From a candidate division FCPU426 bacterium (lineage in GTDB: Bacteria; Oederibacteriota; Muellerivitia; Muellerivitales; Muellerivitaceae): a DNA stretch of 64,000 bases. Shown here in pieces: positions 1 through 8,998 of the stretch. The DNA is taken from positions 32,001 through 96,000 of the forward strand of contig CAWKAR010000050.1 in the NCBI GenBank assembly GCA_963847625.1. The letters run 5' to 3'. Below the pieces are notes generated by a model. The model worked only from the letters and a program-made list of their open reading frames with translations, searched no databases and was not told the DNA's origin. The first letter of the stretch is position 1; each line of letters begins with the position of its first letter. The position numbers were made by a program, and so were the translations under genes.

Positions 1-104
1 AAACAAGTCCCTTTCAAGGCTACTAAACGGTTGATTCCGGGCCAAAAGATGGATACCGTGACATTCCCCGGGTTGGACGGGGATATCCCAGCTTCGAGGA
101 GCCT

Positions 105-851
105 ATGACCTCGACTTTCCTATATATAGTCCTCAGCGTCACGATCGTGAGCCTTATTTCGCTTATCGGTATATCCCTTTTCTCACTCAGCCATAACGCG
201 TTTCACCAGATCGTCTCTTTCCTGGTGGCGTTGGCGATAGGGGCGCTTTTCGGCGATAGTTTCCTCCATCTCCTGCCGGAAGCTTATGCCCGGCCAGCCG
301 CCGGATTGAATACGCCCCTTTACGCCATCGGCGGAATTCTGCTTTTCTTCATCCTGGAGAATTTCCTGCAATGGCGGCACCAACACTCGGATGAGCACCA
401 GGAAATCCACCCGGTCGGCTACTTGAACCTCATGGCGGACATGGCCCACAACTACATCGACGGGCTCATCATCGGTGCTTCCTACCTGGCGGGTTTCAAG
501 TTGGGATTGGCTACCTCTTTAGCGGTCATGCTTCATGAAATCCCACATGAGTTCAGCAATTTCGGAATCCTGGTGATGTCCGGCTTCACAAGGGGAAAAG
601 CACTTTTCCTGAATTTCCTGACGGCCTTGACGGCGGTAGTGGGGGGGCTTACGGCCTGGTGGGTCGGATCGAACGTGGATGGCTTCATGCAAGCCTTGAT
701 CCCCATTACCGCTGGAAGCTTTATTTATATTGCGGGTTCCGACCTGGTACCCCAGCTCCATAAAAACGTGAAATCCCTCAGGGCGTTTTTACAGATCTTG
801 GCCATCCTCGCGGGAGTAGGGATCATGTATTTGTTGAAGGTGTACGAGTAA
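105..851 (+). CDS. ZIP family divalent metal (Zn/Fe/Mn) transporter
   Basis: Multi-TM protein with His-rich loop (HQHSDEH) and the ZIP motifs HNYIDG and HEIPHE; GAGGAG RBS upstream. Confidence 0.92.
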   Translation: MTSTFLYIVLSVTIVSLISLIGISLFSLSHNAFHQIVSFLVALAIGALFGDSFLHLLPEAYARPAAGLNTPLYAIGGILLFFILENFLQWRHQHSDEHQEIHPVGYLNLMADMAHNYIDGLIIGASYLAGFKLGLATSLAVMLHEIPHEFSNFGILVMSGFTRGKALFLNFLTALTAVVGGLTAWWVGSNVDGFMQALIPITAGSFIYIAGSDLVPQLHKNVKSLRAFLQILAILAGVGIMYLLKVYE

Positions 852-1021
852 AAAAAACTGGCCTCACTGTCGGCCGGTTATCGCAATGAGGCCGTCGCCG
901 ATTCCTTCCAAAGCCGGGTCAACGCATCCCACAGGTTTTTCCGTGTGGCCAAGTGATAGCTGAGTGGAAAATTTTTGTCCCCTAGGCTAGAAAGAAAAGG
1001 AGGGTTCGGGAAATCCTGGGA

Positions 1022-1537
1022 TTAACTTTCAGTCTCACTGGAAAGGTTGGGGGTGTCCTTGATGGAGAAGGTCAAAAGGCGGCAAAGCTGGGCTTTTTCC
1101 TTTTCTTCCACCAGCCGGTCCACCTCGGGATACAAAATCCGGTTTTCCCTTACCGAATGCTGTTCCAGGTATTTCTTGAACTGGGCTTCGTCATCGAATA
1201 GGGCGATGATTTCCTTCCAATTGGAATCGCTGCGGCTCAAACGGGAAGCCCGCAGGACCAAACGGTTGAACCACTCCGTGATTTTCTGGTGTTCCGAGGA
1301 AAAAACCTCGGTTTCACCGCCATGGATTTGGGCGGCCCTCTGCTGGTAGAGGGGCAGCAGGATCTCGTCCTCCTCCTTCATATGATTGAAAAGGGCTTTA
1401 CCTAATGTTTTCAACATAGCCCTGGCTTGGGTGTAATCGCCTTTGAGAATGGCGACTTGGTGGTTTTCGAACAAATCATGTATTTCCTGGTGGATCTGGT
1501 TCAATTCCAAAAGAGTGCGGGACTGGGATTCCGTCAT
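1022..1537 (-). CDS. Hemerythrin/HHE cation-binding domain protein
   Basis: Repeated His/Glu motifs HMKEEDEIL, EHQKI, HSVRENRILYP. Confidence 0.8.
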   Translation of the reverse strand: MTESQSRTLLELNQIHQEIHDLFENHQVAILKGDYTQARAMLKTLGKALFNHMKEEDEILLPLYQQRAAQIHGGETEVFSSEHQKITEWFNRLVLRASRLSRSDSNWKEIIALFDDEAQFKKYLEQHSVRENRILYPEVDRLVEEKEKAQLCRLLTFSIKDTPNLSSETES

Positions 1538-1627
1538 TTTTTTCCGTTCCTTGGGAATATAAGTGATTCTTGAGAATGGAGCCTTTATGAATTACTTGAA
1601 TTTTAAATTTAATGGAAGTTTTTAATG

Positions 1628-1643
1628 TATGACTAGTCTCATA
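1628..1643. promoter_or_regulatory. Putative CRP/FNR-type site TATGACTAGTCTCATA (1 mismatch to the consensus)
   Basis: Near match to TATGAC-N4-GTCATA about 90 bp upstream of the hemerythrin start. Confidence 0.5.
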
Positions 1644-1704
1644 ATGGTTATCGTCGCAAGAAATGTTTTCCGTGTTGAGGGGCACGGCCGGGTTTCATAT
1701 TCCA

Positions 1705-1779
1705 TGCCGATCTTCCATAAAGCTTACGAGGAGGCCGGTATTGCACCGATTTTTATGACAGCCTTATAGAAAATCGGCG
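1705..1779 (+). mobile_element. Double-hairpin miniature element, copy 1
   Basis: TGCC...GGCG, two 36-nt hairpins separated by 3 nt, flanked by CA/CA; homologous to five other copies. Confidence 0.7.
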
Positions 1780-1847
1780 CATGTTTATGATGGAAGCGGG
1801 GAAAATGAAATGGGGGGTTCAGCCGCCACTGATTCCCCATGAATCTG

Positions 1848-1922
1848 TGCCGATCTTTCATAAAAAACATTTTGAGATCGGTGCTATACCAGCCACTTTA
1901 ACCGTTTTATGGAGGGCTGGCA
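1848..1922 (-). mobile_element. Double-hairpin miniature element, copy 2
   Basis: TGCC...GGCA, 75 bp, flanked by TG/TG; reverse complement aligns with 53481-53554 and 53718-53791. Confidence 0.75.
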
Positions 1923-2037
1923 TGCGCCGGCAGTCTTCTCCCTCGGGCCGAATTTTATATCTATTAATTCAGCACACTCACATCTTGGGTTTCGGCTTGT
2001 AGCCTCAACCCAGAGGCCGGAAGTCTCGAGCGGCCTG

Positions 2038-2511
2038 CTAAACGATCCCCGAGGTGATATTGGTTTGGAGGAATTTGAAAACCAAATCGGATAATTTTTC
2101 ACAATTTTGGCCATAGGCATAAAGCTGGCAGCGCCCGCCCCTGGAGGGATTGAATTCCACCACCAGCGTCGCCGGGGGACCGGGGGGGGGCTGGATGGAA
2201 AATTTCGAAAGTTCGCAGTTTTCCAGGATCAAACGGACATTGCGCAAGCCTTCCAAATGGTGGAGCTCAAAATCGTTGTGAACCAGAAACTGCCGGGCTT
2301 CCAGGCAGTATTTTTTCGAAAAAAACCAAAGGCTGTCCCACTCCGTAATTTTTTGGTTTTCCTCGTTGGATTGGGAAATGAAGACGTCCTCGATGGGTTC
2401 GGGGATCAAACGGGCGGCGAATTCAAGGATATCCTTGAGCTTTTTCAGGCAGGACTCCGAAGTCAGGCCCATTTTTTGAAAATACACATTGAAAGATTTG
2501 TTCATGACCAC
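2038..2511 (-). CDS. Hypothetical protein
   Basis: 157-aa ORF with globular-protein composition and a purine-rich upstream region; no family recognised. Confidence 0.65.
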   Translation of the reverse strand: MVMNKSFNVYFQKMGLTSESCLKKLKDILEFAARLIPEPIEDVFISQSNEENQKITEWDSLWFFSKKYCLEARQFLVHNDFELHHLEGLRNVRLILENCELSKFSIQPPPGPPATLVVEFNPSRGGRCQLYAYGQNCEKLSDLVFKFLQTNITSGIV

Positions 2512-2564
2512 TCTCCAAATTTCTTCCTCGATTAGAAGTTTTTATAGGGGATGGGAATTGAAAG

Positions 2565-2586
2565 GGGTATGACCACGGTCATACCC
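2565..2586. promoter_or_regulatory. Perfect palindrome GGGTATGACC-AC-GGTCATACCC containing TATGAC-N4-GTCATA (operator or terminator hairpin)
   Basis: 10-bp inverted arms between the 2608-2838 ORF stop and the 2038-2511 ORF start. Confidence 0.45.
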
Positions 2587-2607
2587 TGCCGGCGCCGGAC
2601 CGCAAGG

Positions 2608-2838
2608 TCAATTTTTGGGTTTGCCCCTGGGTGCCGGGATAGGCTTTGCCGACCCCGTCGCCGGATGAGAGTCGGGGGTTGAAACATCGCTTTGGCGCTT
2701 CAACCAATCACGGTACCCAGAGTGAAGCGCGGGAAGCTGGCTTGGCTTTTTCCCTGAAAAATTCTGGGCCACGGCTTTCCATTTTCGGTGTTGTTCCTCG
2801 AAAAATTTTTTCAGGATTTTAGAATCCATCAGGAACAC
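2608..2838 (-). CDS. Small hypothetical protein
   Basis: 76-aa ORF divergent from acs; no recognisable motif. Confidence 0.4.
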   Translation of the reverse strand: MFLMDSKILKKFFEEQHRKWKAVAQNFSGKKPSQLPALHSGYRDWLKRQSDVSTPDSHPATGSAKPIPAPRGKPKN

Positions 2839-2894
2839 CTTTAGCTAAACTGCGGAACCCATAAAGTAAAGTACTTGGCAGGGGAGAGCTGAAT

Positions 2895-2910
2895 TATGAC
2901 GTAAGTCATA
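2895..2910. promoter_or_regulatory. Putative CRP/FNR-type site TATGACGTAAGTCATA
   Basis: Perfect TATGAC-N4-GTCATA palindrome upstream of acs. Confidence 0.65.
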
Positions 2911-3083
2911 GGGGGAGCCTAAAAAGAGGGGAGAATGACCTTCCCTTGATTAGATTCCAGGGATGCTGCGAGTGAAAGAAGTTAAAAAAAGTCAATCTTT
3001 GCGGGCATATTTTGCCAGGTTGGTTAAACTTTAAAAAACAAGCTACTAAGCTTTGATAACTTAAATTTTTTTAGGGAGGAAAG

Positions 3084-5063
3084 ATGACACCGCCAGAACA
3101 ATCCATCACAAGTTTTCAAAAGGATTCCCAAACCTTCCCGCCGCCGAAGGACGTAGCTGCAAAAGCCTATATCGGTTCTTTTCAAAAATACCAGGAGATG
3201 TACAACCGTTCGATCAAGGATTCCAAGGCATTTTGGCTGGAACAGGCCGCTTCCGAACTTCAATGGTTCAAGAAACCGACGAAAGCCATGGAGTACACTT
3301 GGGACACGGCCAAAAGGGTTATCAAACACACCTGGTTTGAGGACGGTGAGCTGAACATTTCGGTGAATTGCCTGGACCGCCACCTCGCCAAGCTCGGGAA
3401 CAAAGTCGCGATCCTTTGGCAGGGTGAAAAGGACGAGGAAGTCCGCAAGATCACCTATACGGAATTGCACAAAATGGTCTGCCAGTTCGCCAACGTGCTT
3501 CTCTCGAAGGGAATCAAAAAAGGGGACCGCATCTGCGTTTATATGCCCATGATCCCGGAGGCGGCCGTCGCCCTGTTGGCCTGCGCCAGGGTGGGGGTCA
3601 TCCACTCGTTTGTTTTCGGGGGGTTCAGCGCGGAATCCTTGAAAACCCGCATCCAGGACTCCGAGAACGTCATGGTGATCACCACGGACGTGAGCTACCG
3701 GTCGGGGAAAACCATCGGCTTAAAAACCATCGTAGACGAAGCCCTGAAGGAATGCCCCTCGATTAAGAGCGTGATCGTATACAAAAGGGGGGAAGGCAAA
3801 GTCAACATGCAATCCGGGCGGGATTCCTGGTGGCACGACGACATCAAGAACACCAGCCCCATGCACGAAGCTAAGCCCATGAAGGCCGAAGATCCCCTCT
3901 TCATCCTTTACACGTCGGGTTCCACGGGAAAGCCCAAGGGCGTCCTGCACACGACGGCGGGATATCTCCTGCACGCGGCCATCTCCTTCAAGTACATCTT
4001 CGATTACCATCCGGAGGATATTTTTTGGTGCACCGCCGACATCGGCTGGGTAACGGGCCATAGTTACATCGTTTACGGGCCCCTGGCCGTCGGCGCCACC
4101 ACCGTAATGTTCGAGAGCGTCCCCACCTATCCGGACGCGGGAAGGTTCTGGCAGGTCGTGGCCAAACACAAGGTGACCATCTTCTACACCGCCCCCACGG
4201 CCATCCGGTCCCTCATGCGCGAAGGCGAACAGTGGCCGAACAAACACGACCTCAGTTCCCTGCGGATACTGGGTTCGGTGGGGGAGCCCATCAATCCCGA
4301 GGCGTGGCTGTGGTACCACCGCAATATCGGGAAGGGCCGCTGTCCCATCGTGGATACCTGGTGGCAGACCGAGACGGGCGGCATCCTGATCACCCCCCTG
4401 CCGGGCGCCCATACGCTCAAGCCCGGAAGTGCCTCCCGGCCCTTCTTCGGGGTAGAACCGGTTGTGATGGACAACAACAATAAGGAATGCGCCGTGAACG
4501 AAGGCGGCAAGCTCTGCATCAAGAAGCCCTGGCCCGGCATGGCCCGGACCATGTGGGGGGACCACAACCGCTTCATCGACACCTACTTTACGGCTTTCGC
4601 CGACCTTTATTACACCGGCGACGGCTGCCGGGTCGACACGGACGGGGACTATTGGCTCCTGGGCCGCGTGGACGACGTGGTGAACATCTCGGGGCACCGC
4701 ATCGGAACCGCCGAGGTGGAAAGCGCGTTGGTCTCCCATCCCAAGGTTTCGGAGGCCGCGGTGGTGGGCTATCCCCACGACATCAAAGGCTCGGCGCTTT
4801 ATGCTTACGTGACCCTCAAGGAGGGCGTGACACCCTCCGAGGAACTGAAGAAGGAACTGGTCCAGCACGTTCGCAAGGAAATCGGGCCGATCGCCCAGCC
4901 GGACAAGATCCAATTCGCCGAAGGGATGCCCAAGACCCGGAGCGGCAAAATCATGCGCAGGATTCTCAGGAAAATCGCCGAGAACGACACGAGCAACCTG
5001 GGGGATACCTCGACGCTGGCCGATCCAAGCGTCGTGGACAAGCTGGTGAAAGGGAAGCTGTAA
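3084..5063 (+). CDS. acs: Acetyl-CoA synthetase (AMP-forming)
   Basis: [21 protein letters not shown] and [11 protein letters not shown] (acetylatable Lys) motifs; GGAGG RBS. Confidence 0.97.
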   Translation: MTPPEQSITSFQKDSQTFPPPKDVAAKAYIGSFQKYQEMYNRSIKDSKAFWLEQAASELQWFKKPTKAMEYTWDTAKRVIKHTWFEDGELNISVNCLDRHLAKLGNKVAILWQGEKDEEVRKITYTELHKMVCQFANVLLSKGIKKGDRICVYMPMIPEAAVALLACARVGVIHSFVFGGFSAESLKTRIQDSENVMVITTDVSYRSGKTIGLKTIVDEALKECPSIKSVIVYKRGEGKVNMQSGRDSWWHDDIKNTSPMHEAKPMKAEDPLFILYTSGSTGKPKGVLHTTAGYLLHAAISFKYIFDYHPEDIFWCTADIGWVTGHSYIVYGPLAVGATTVMFESVPTYPDAGRFWQVVAKHKVTIFYTAPTAIRSLMREGEQWPNKHDLSSLRILGSVGEPINPEAWLWYHRNIGKGRCPIVDTWWQTETGGILITPLPGAHTLKPGSASRPFFGVEPVVMDNNNKECAVNEGGKLCIKKPWPGMARTMWGDHNRFIDTYFTAFADLYYTGDGCRVDTDGDYWLLGRVDDVVNISGHRIGTAEVESALVSHPKVSEAAVVGYPHDIKGSALYAYVTLKEGVTPSEELKKELVQHVRKEIGPIAQPDKIQFAEGMPKTRSGKIMRRILRKIAENDTSNLGDTSTLADPSVVDKLVKGKL

Positions 5064-5102
5064 TCAGCCGGTAAGCCGGGTTTGCTTCCTTATATAAGTT
5101 AT

Positions 5103-5141
5103 AAAAAAGCGCACTTTAGATTTCCTAAAGCGCGCTTTTTT
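5103..5141. terminator. Bidirectional intrinsic terminator
   Basis: AAAAAAGCGCACTTTAG...CTAAAGCGCGCTTTTTT between convergent acs and porin genes. Confidence 0.8.
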
Positions 5142-5180
5142 ATTTACGGCTTAAAGAGTCAACAACTAAGGACTAAATGG

Positions 5181-6779
5181 TTAGAACCGATACCAAGCTG
5201 AAACCTGGAAGCGATGTCCCAACCAAACCTGTTCCGGGGCGGTGGCTGTCTTGAGATAGTTCGTGGCGATCCGGGCATATTCCACGGCCAGCCGGATGTT
5301 GCTGGTGAAGTCATGCATGATATTAGCGAACATGACCTGGTCGTCATTGTAAGACCCGGCGCTCATGCCGGCCCCGCCGGCCTTCGCGGGATTCCAGGCG
5401 GACAAACCCCCGATATTGGGGGAGAAAATTTCCCCGTAACCCGCCGTCAAGAAGGTTCCCCAGCTCTTGGGACCGTGGATCTGGACCTGGCCGTTCCAGC
5501 TTTGCACTTTGATCAGGGTGAAATTGTTGCTCGGATCGAACCCGGCGATACCCGCGTCCAAGTTGGGGGAAAGGGTGTTGTTGCCGACGGTTACGGCTGC
5601 GTTATTAGCGTTGGCTAATGCCGGCAAACCACCCGTCCAGTACGGAAACATGTCCCCGTCCCCTGTTCCCGTGGTCCACTCACCTGTCGCCACCACAGCG
5701 GGACCATCCTTGCCGTCAAAGGGAAGAAGCGGGATCAAGGCGTCAATCGCCAGGCTTTGCGCCCAAGTGTAGTTGTTTAAATCGTAGTTGCCCGGATTGT
5801 TCCAGGCGGTGGGCCAGGCATAGTTCCGGTCGGTCCCGGAAACACCGATGCTGAAAGGAACGGTGTTGACGGGGCCGGTGGCCATCCCAAAACGCCCCTT
5901 CCACCCGCCGATGATGAATTTCAACGCGCCATCCGCGTTGGGGAATTGCGAATCGCGCTGCTCGGGACGGTCGGCGGAAACGGCGAGTTGCACCCTCACA
6001 TCCTCTCCGAGTCCCAGGGTGTCGGATACTCGGATCTGGGGGGTCCGCTCGTAAAGCACGCCCATGTAGGGGGCCACGGAAACGGAGGCCAGGATGTAGT
6101 CCATGTTCCACCCGAAGAGGGACCAGTATTGGCCGGCCATGATATTCAAGCCGTTCTTTTCAGCCGAGACGTAGGCGTGGCGGAGGCCCAGGGTGGGATA
6201 GGTGTACCAACTACTCTCTGAATTAGGAGAAGCAGAGTTACTGGGGGCAGACAAGTAGGTGGGGCTCGGGTCATACCCCTTGAAATCGACTTCCACGTAA
6301 CCCTTGGTCTTCCAGCCGTCGATAGCCGGAACCGTGCCCAGGAAGGAAAGGCGTGAGTCCCGCATGGAAGCCAGAGTTTCACCGTTATTTCCGTTATAGG
6401 ATCCCACTCCCGGAGACGGAAGTCCCGACCTTAGGACCGGACCGTCACCCACCACCTCGGCGAAGGAATGGGTATCATCCTGGATCGCGTCCAGTTCGGC
6501 GAAACCATGGACCTCGACCTTAATCGCGTTTTCCAGGCCTGAAACCCGCTTGGATAAAGAATCAAGGGTTGGAGTCTCCGCGGCAGGAACGGCCGTGGAA
6601 ACGGCGGTTGGCGCTGTTGCCGGTACCGCCTTATGAGATACTGTTGCCGGAGCGACAGTTGTAGCTTTTGTCGCGGCTGAAGCGGGAGCGGCATTGTCCG
6701 CCAGTGCCGGGGAGGCTGACAGGGTCAGGGAAACCCAACCAGCCGCAATCCAAAACATTAAAAACAAAATCCGTTTCAT
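5181..6779 (-). CDS. DcaP-like outer-membrane porin
   Basis: Signal peptide, Ala/Pro/Thr linker, short coiled coil, then SRLSF, YVEVDF, LRHAYV, AGQYWSLF, RTPQIR motifs; C-terminal Phe. Confidence 0.7.
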   Translation of the reverse strand: MKRILFLMFWIAAGWVSLTLSASPALADNAAPASAATKATTVAPATVSHKAVPATAPTAVSTAVPAAETPTLDSLSKRVSGLENAIKVEVHGFAELDAIQDDTHSFAEVVGDGPVLRSGLPSPGVGSYNGNNGETLASMRDSRLSFLGTVPAIDGWKTKGYVEVDFKGYDPSPTYLSAPSNSASPNSESSWYTYPTLGLRHAYVSAEKNGLNIMAGQYWSLFGWNMDYILASVSVAPYMGVLYERTPQIRVSDTLGLGEDVRVQLAVSADRPEQRDSQFPNADGALKFIIGGWKGRFGMATGPVNTVPFSIGVSGTDRNYAWPTAWNNPGNYDLNNYTWAQSLAIDALIPLLPFDGKDGPAVVATGEWTTGTGDGDMFPYWTGGLPALANANNAAVTVGNNTLSPNLDAGIAGFDPSNNFTLIKVQSWNGQVQIHGPKSWGTFLTAGYGEIFSPNIGGLSAWNPAKAGGAGMSAGSYNDDQVMFANIMHDFTSNIRLAVEYARIATNYLKTATAPEQVWLGHRFQVSAWYRF

Positions 6780-6937
6780 GTTGTCTCCTTGAAAATTATT
6801 GCGCCTCTACCATTCGCCGGAAAAATCCAAGAAATTTTTCTGAAAACTTGGCCCGGATCCTATTTTAAGGCGTCCGTCATTTTTATAAAAACAGATGACG
6901 AATATAAACATTACATTCTCATCAACGCGTCCTACTG

Positions 6938-6953
6938 TATGACTTGGGTCATA
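6938..6953. promoter_or_regulatory. Putative CRP/FNR-type site TATGACTTGGGTCATA
   Basis: Perfect palindrome in the divergent porin / CoA-transferase intergenic region. Confidence 0.65.
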
Positions 6954-7101
6954 GATAATGAATGAACTTTGGCCTCAAAAATCATTCCATGCTATAGTTA
7001 ACCGGTATTCCCACCCGAAAAATTTATTCGAGAAATAAATCGGATAAGACTTTATTGAATAACCCGGGGGGAATTTTTTTTTGTGAGGACCTAAATTCAT
7101 C

Positions 7102-8997
7102 ATGGAAACCGAACACCAAAGCCTATTCGAAAAGCTGAAGACGGAGTACCCCTCCAAGTTCGTCACGGAAGAAAACATCTTCAAGCATATCCATCCCGGT
7201 GACCGGATTTTCATCGCCACCGGTTGCGGCGAGCCACAGTACCTGGTCGGAGCCCTGATCCAGTTCGTCGAAAACCATCCCAAGGCCTTTTTCGACGCGG
7301 AAGTCATACACGTCTGGACCCTGGGGCTGGCCCCCTATACCGACAAGAAATTCAAGCAGAATTTCCGGCACAATTCCTTCTTCATCGCCGACAACACCCG
7401 GGAATCGGTCAACCAGGGCCTGGCGGATTACACCCCGATCTTCCTTTCCCAGGTCCCCGACCTGCTCAAACGAAAAGTAGTGCCGGTGGACGTGGCCTTG
7501 ATCCAGACCAGCCTACCGGATGCCCATGGGTACATGAGCCTGGGTTTGAGCGTCGACATCACCAAGGCGGCCACGGAAAACGCGCGCCTGGTCATCGCCC
7601 AAACCAACATCGAAATGCCCCGGGTCCACGGGGACACCTTCATCCACATCAACGACGTGGATTTCATCGTGCGGCATGACGAGCCCCTTCTGGAGTACGA
7701 ACCCCAGGTTTCCGACGAGATCGCCCAGCGCATCGGGAAGTACGTGGCGCGTTTCATCGAGGATGGGGACACCATCCAGGTAGGTTACGGCAGCCTGCCC
7801 AACGCCATTCTGGCCAACCTACGCGGCAAGAAGCACCTGGGCGTGCATACCGAACTGCTGACGGACGGCATCGTGGAGCTCATGAAGGAAGGGGTCATCG
7901 ACAACACTCTTAAAAACCTCAACCCGGGAAAGGCCATCGCCAGCTTTTGCATGGGCCGGAAGCCCACCTACGAGTATATCCACGACAACCCGGGCATCGA
8001 GTTCAGGCCCATCGACTACACCAACAACCCGCTCATCATCGCGAGCATCAAGAACATGACCGCCATTAACACCGGCTTGGCCGTGGATTTGACCGGCCAA
8101 TCCACCGCCGAGTCCCTGGACCGGGTGTTTTTCAGCGGCGTGGGGGGCCAGTCGGATTTCATGCGCGGCGCCGTGCTATCCCCGGGCGGGAAGACCATCC
8201 TGGCCATCCAATCCACCGCCGACAACGAGAATATCTCCCGAATCGTCCCATTCCTCCACGAGGGCGCCGGGATCACCCTCACGCGGGGCGACATCCAATA
8301 CCTGGTCACCGAGTACGGCATCGCCTACCTGCACGGCAAGAACGTGCGGGAGCGCGCCATGGACATCATCTCCATCGCCCATCCCAAGTTCAGGCCCTGG
8401 CTGATCGAGGAAGCCAAGAAAAACAACCTGATTTACCGGGACCAGGCCTTCATTCCCGGCCGCCGGGGGGAATACCCGGAGGACCTCGAAACCCACCGCA
8501 CCACCGAGTCGGGCCTTCGCCTCCTCATGAGGCCCGTGAAAATCAACGACGAACCGCTTCTGAAGGATTTCTTTTACTCCCTTTCCGACCAGAGCACCTA
8601 CCGCCGGTTCATGTCGGTGCGCCGGGATATGCCGCATGAAAGGCTCCAGGAATTCGTGGTCATCGACTACAGCAAGGAAATGGTGATCCTGGCGGTCCGG
8701 GAGGACCCGGAGCGGGAGGAAATCGTCGGGGTCGGGCAGTACGGTATCCAGGAAGACCGTCATGCGGCCGAAGTGGCCTTCGTGGTCAAGGACAGCTACC
8801 AGAACCAGGGTGTGGGGACCGAACTGCTGGCGTACCTGACGGTGCTGGCCAAAAAGCAGGGGCTTTTCGGCTTTACCGCCGAGGTCCTGCCGGACAACGC
8901 CACCATGCTCCACCTTTTCGAGAGCCAGGGGTTCGACGTGGAGAAACGCACCAGTTCCGACGTGGTGGATCTCAAGATGGCCTTCAAGGCTGTTTAA
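7102..8997 (+). CDS. Acetyl-CoA hydrolase/CoA-transferase fused to a C-terminal GNAT acetyltransferase
   Basis: GDTIQVGYGSLP, HLGVHTE and SGVGGQSDF motifs, followed by a Pat-like GNAT (LSDQSTYRRF, AEVAFVV, QNQGVGT). Confidence 0.9.
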   Translation: METEHQSLFEKLKTEYPSKFVTEENIFKHIHPGDRIFIATGCGEPQYLVGALIQFVENHPKAFFDAEVIHVWTLGLAPYTDKKFKQNFRHNSFFIADNTRESVNQGLADYTPIFLSQVPDLLKRKVVPVDVALIQTSLPDAHGYMSLGLSVDITKAATENARLVIAQTNIEMPRVHGDTFIHINDVDFIVRHDEPLLEYEPQVSDEIAQRIGKYVARFIEDGDTIQVGYGSLPNAILANLRGKKHLGVHTELLTDGIVELMKEGVIDNTLKNLNPGKAIASFCMGRKPTYEYIHDNPGIEFRPIDYTNNPLIIASIKNMTAINTGLAVDLTGQSTAESLDRVFFSGVGGQSDFMRGAVLSPGGKTILAIQSTADNENISRIVPFLHEGAGITLTRGDIQYLVTEYGIAYLHGKNVRERAMDIISIAHPKFRPWLIEEAKKNNLIYRDQAFIPGRRGEYPEDLETHRTTESGLRLLMRPVKINDEPLLKDFFYSLSDQSTYRRFMSVRRDMPHERLQEFVVIDYSKEMVILAVREDPEREEIVGVGQYGIQEDRHAAEVAFVVKDSYQNQGVGTELLAYLTVLAKKQGLFGFTAEVLPDNATMLHLFESQGFDVEKRTSSDVVDLKMAFKAV

Positions 8998-8998
8998 G

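Noticed and set aside
40..104. Possible metal-sensing riboswitch upstream of the ZIP transporter
   Set aside because: Only a short TCCCCG/CGGGGA hairpin is visible, no recognisable riboswitch consensus, and the window edge truncates the context.
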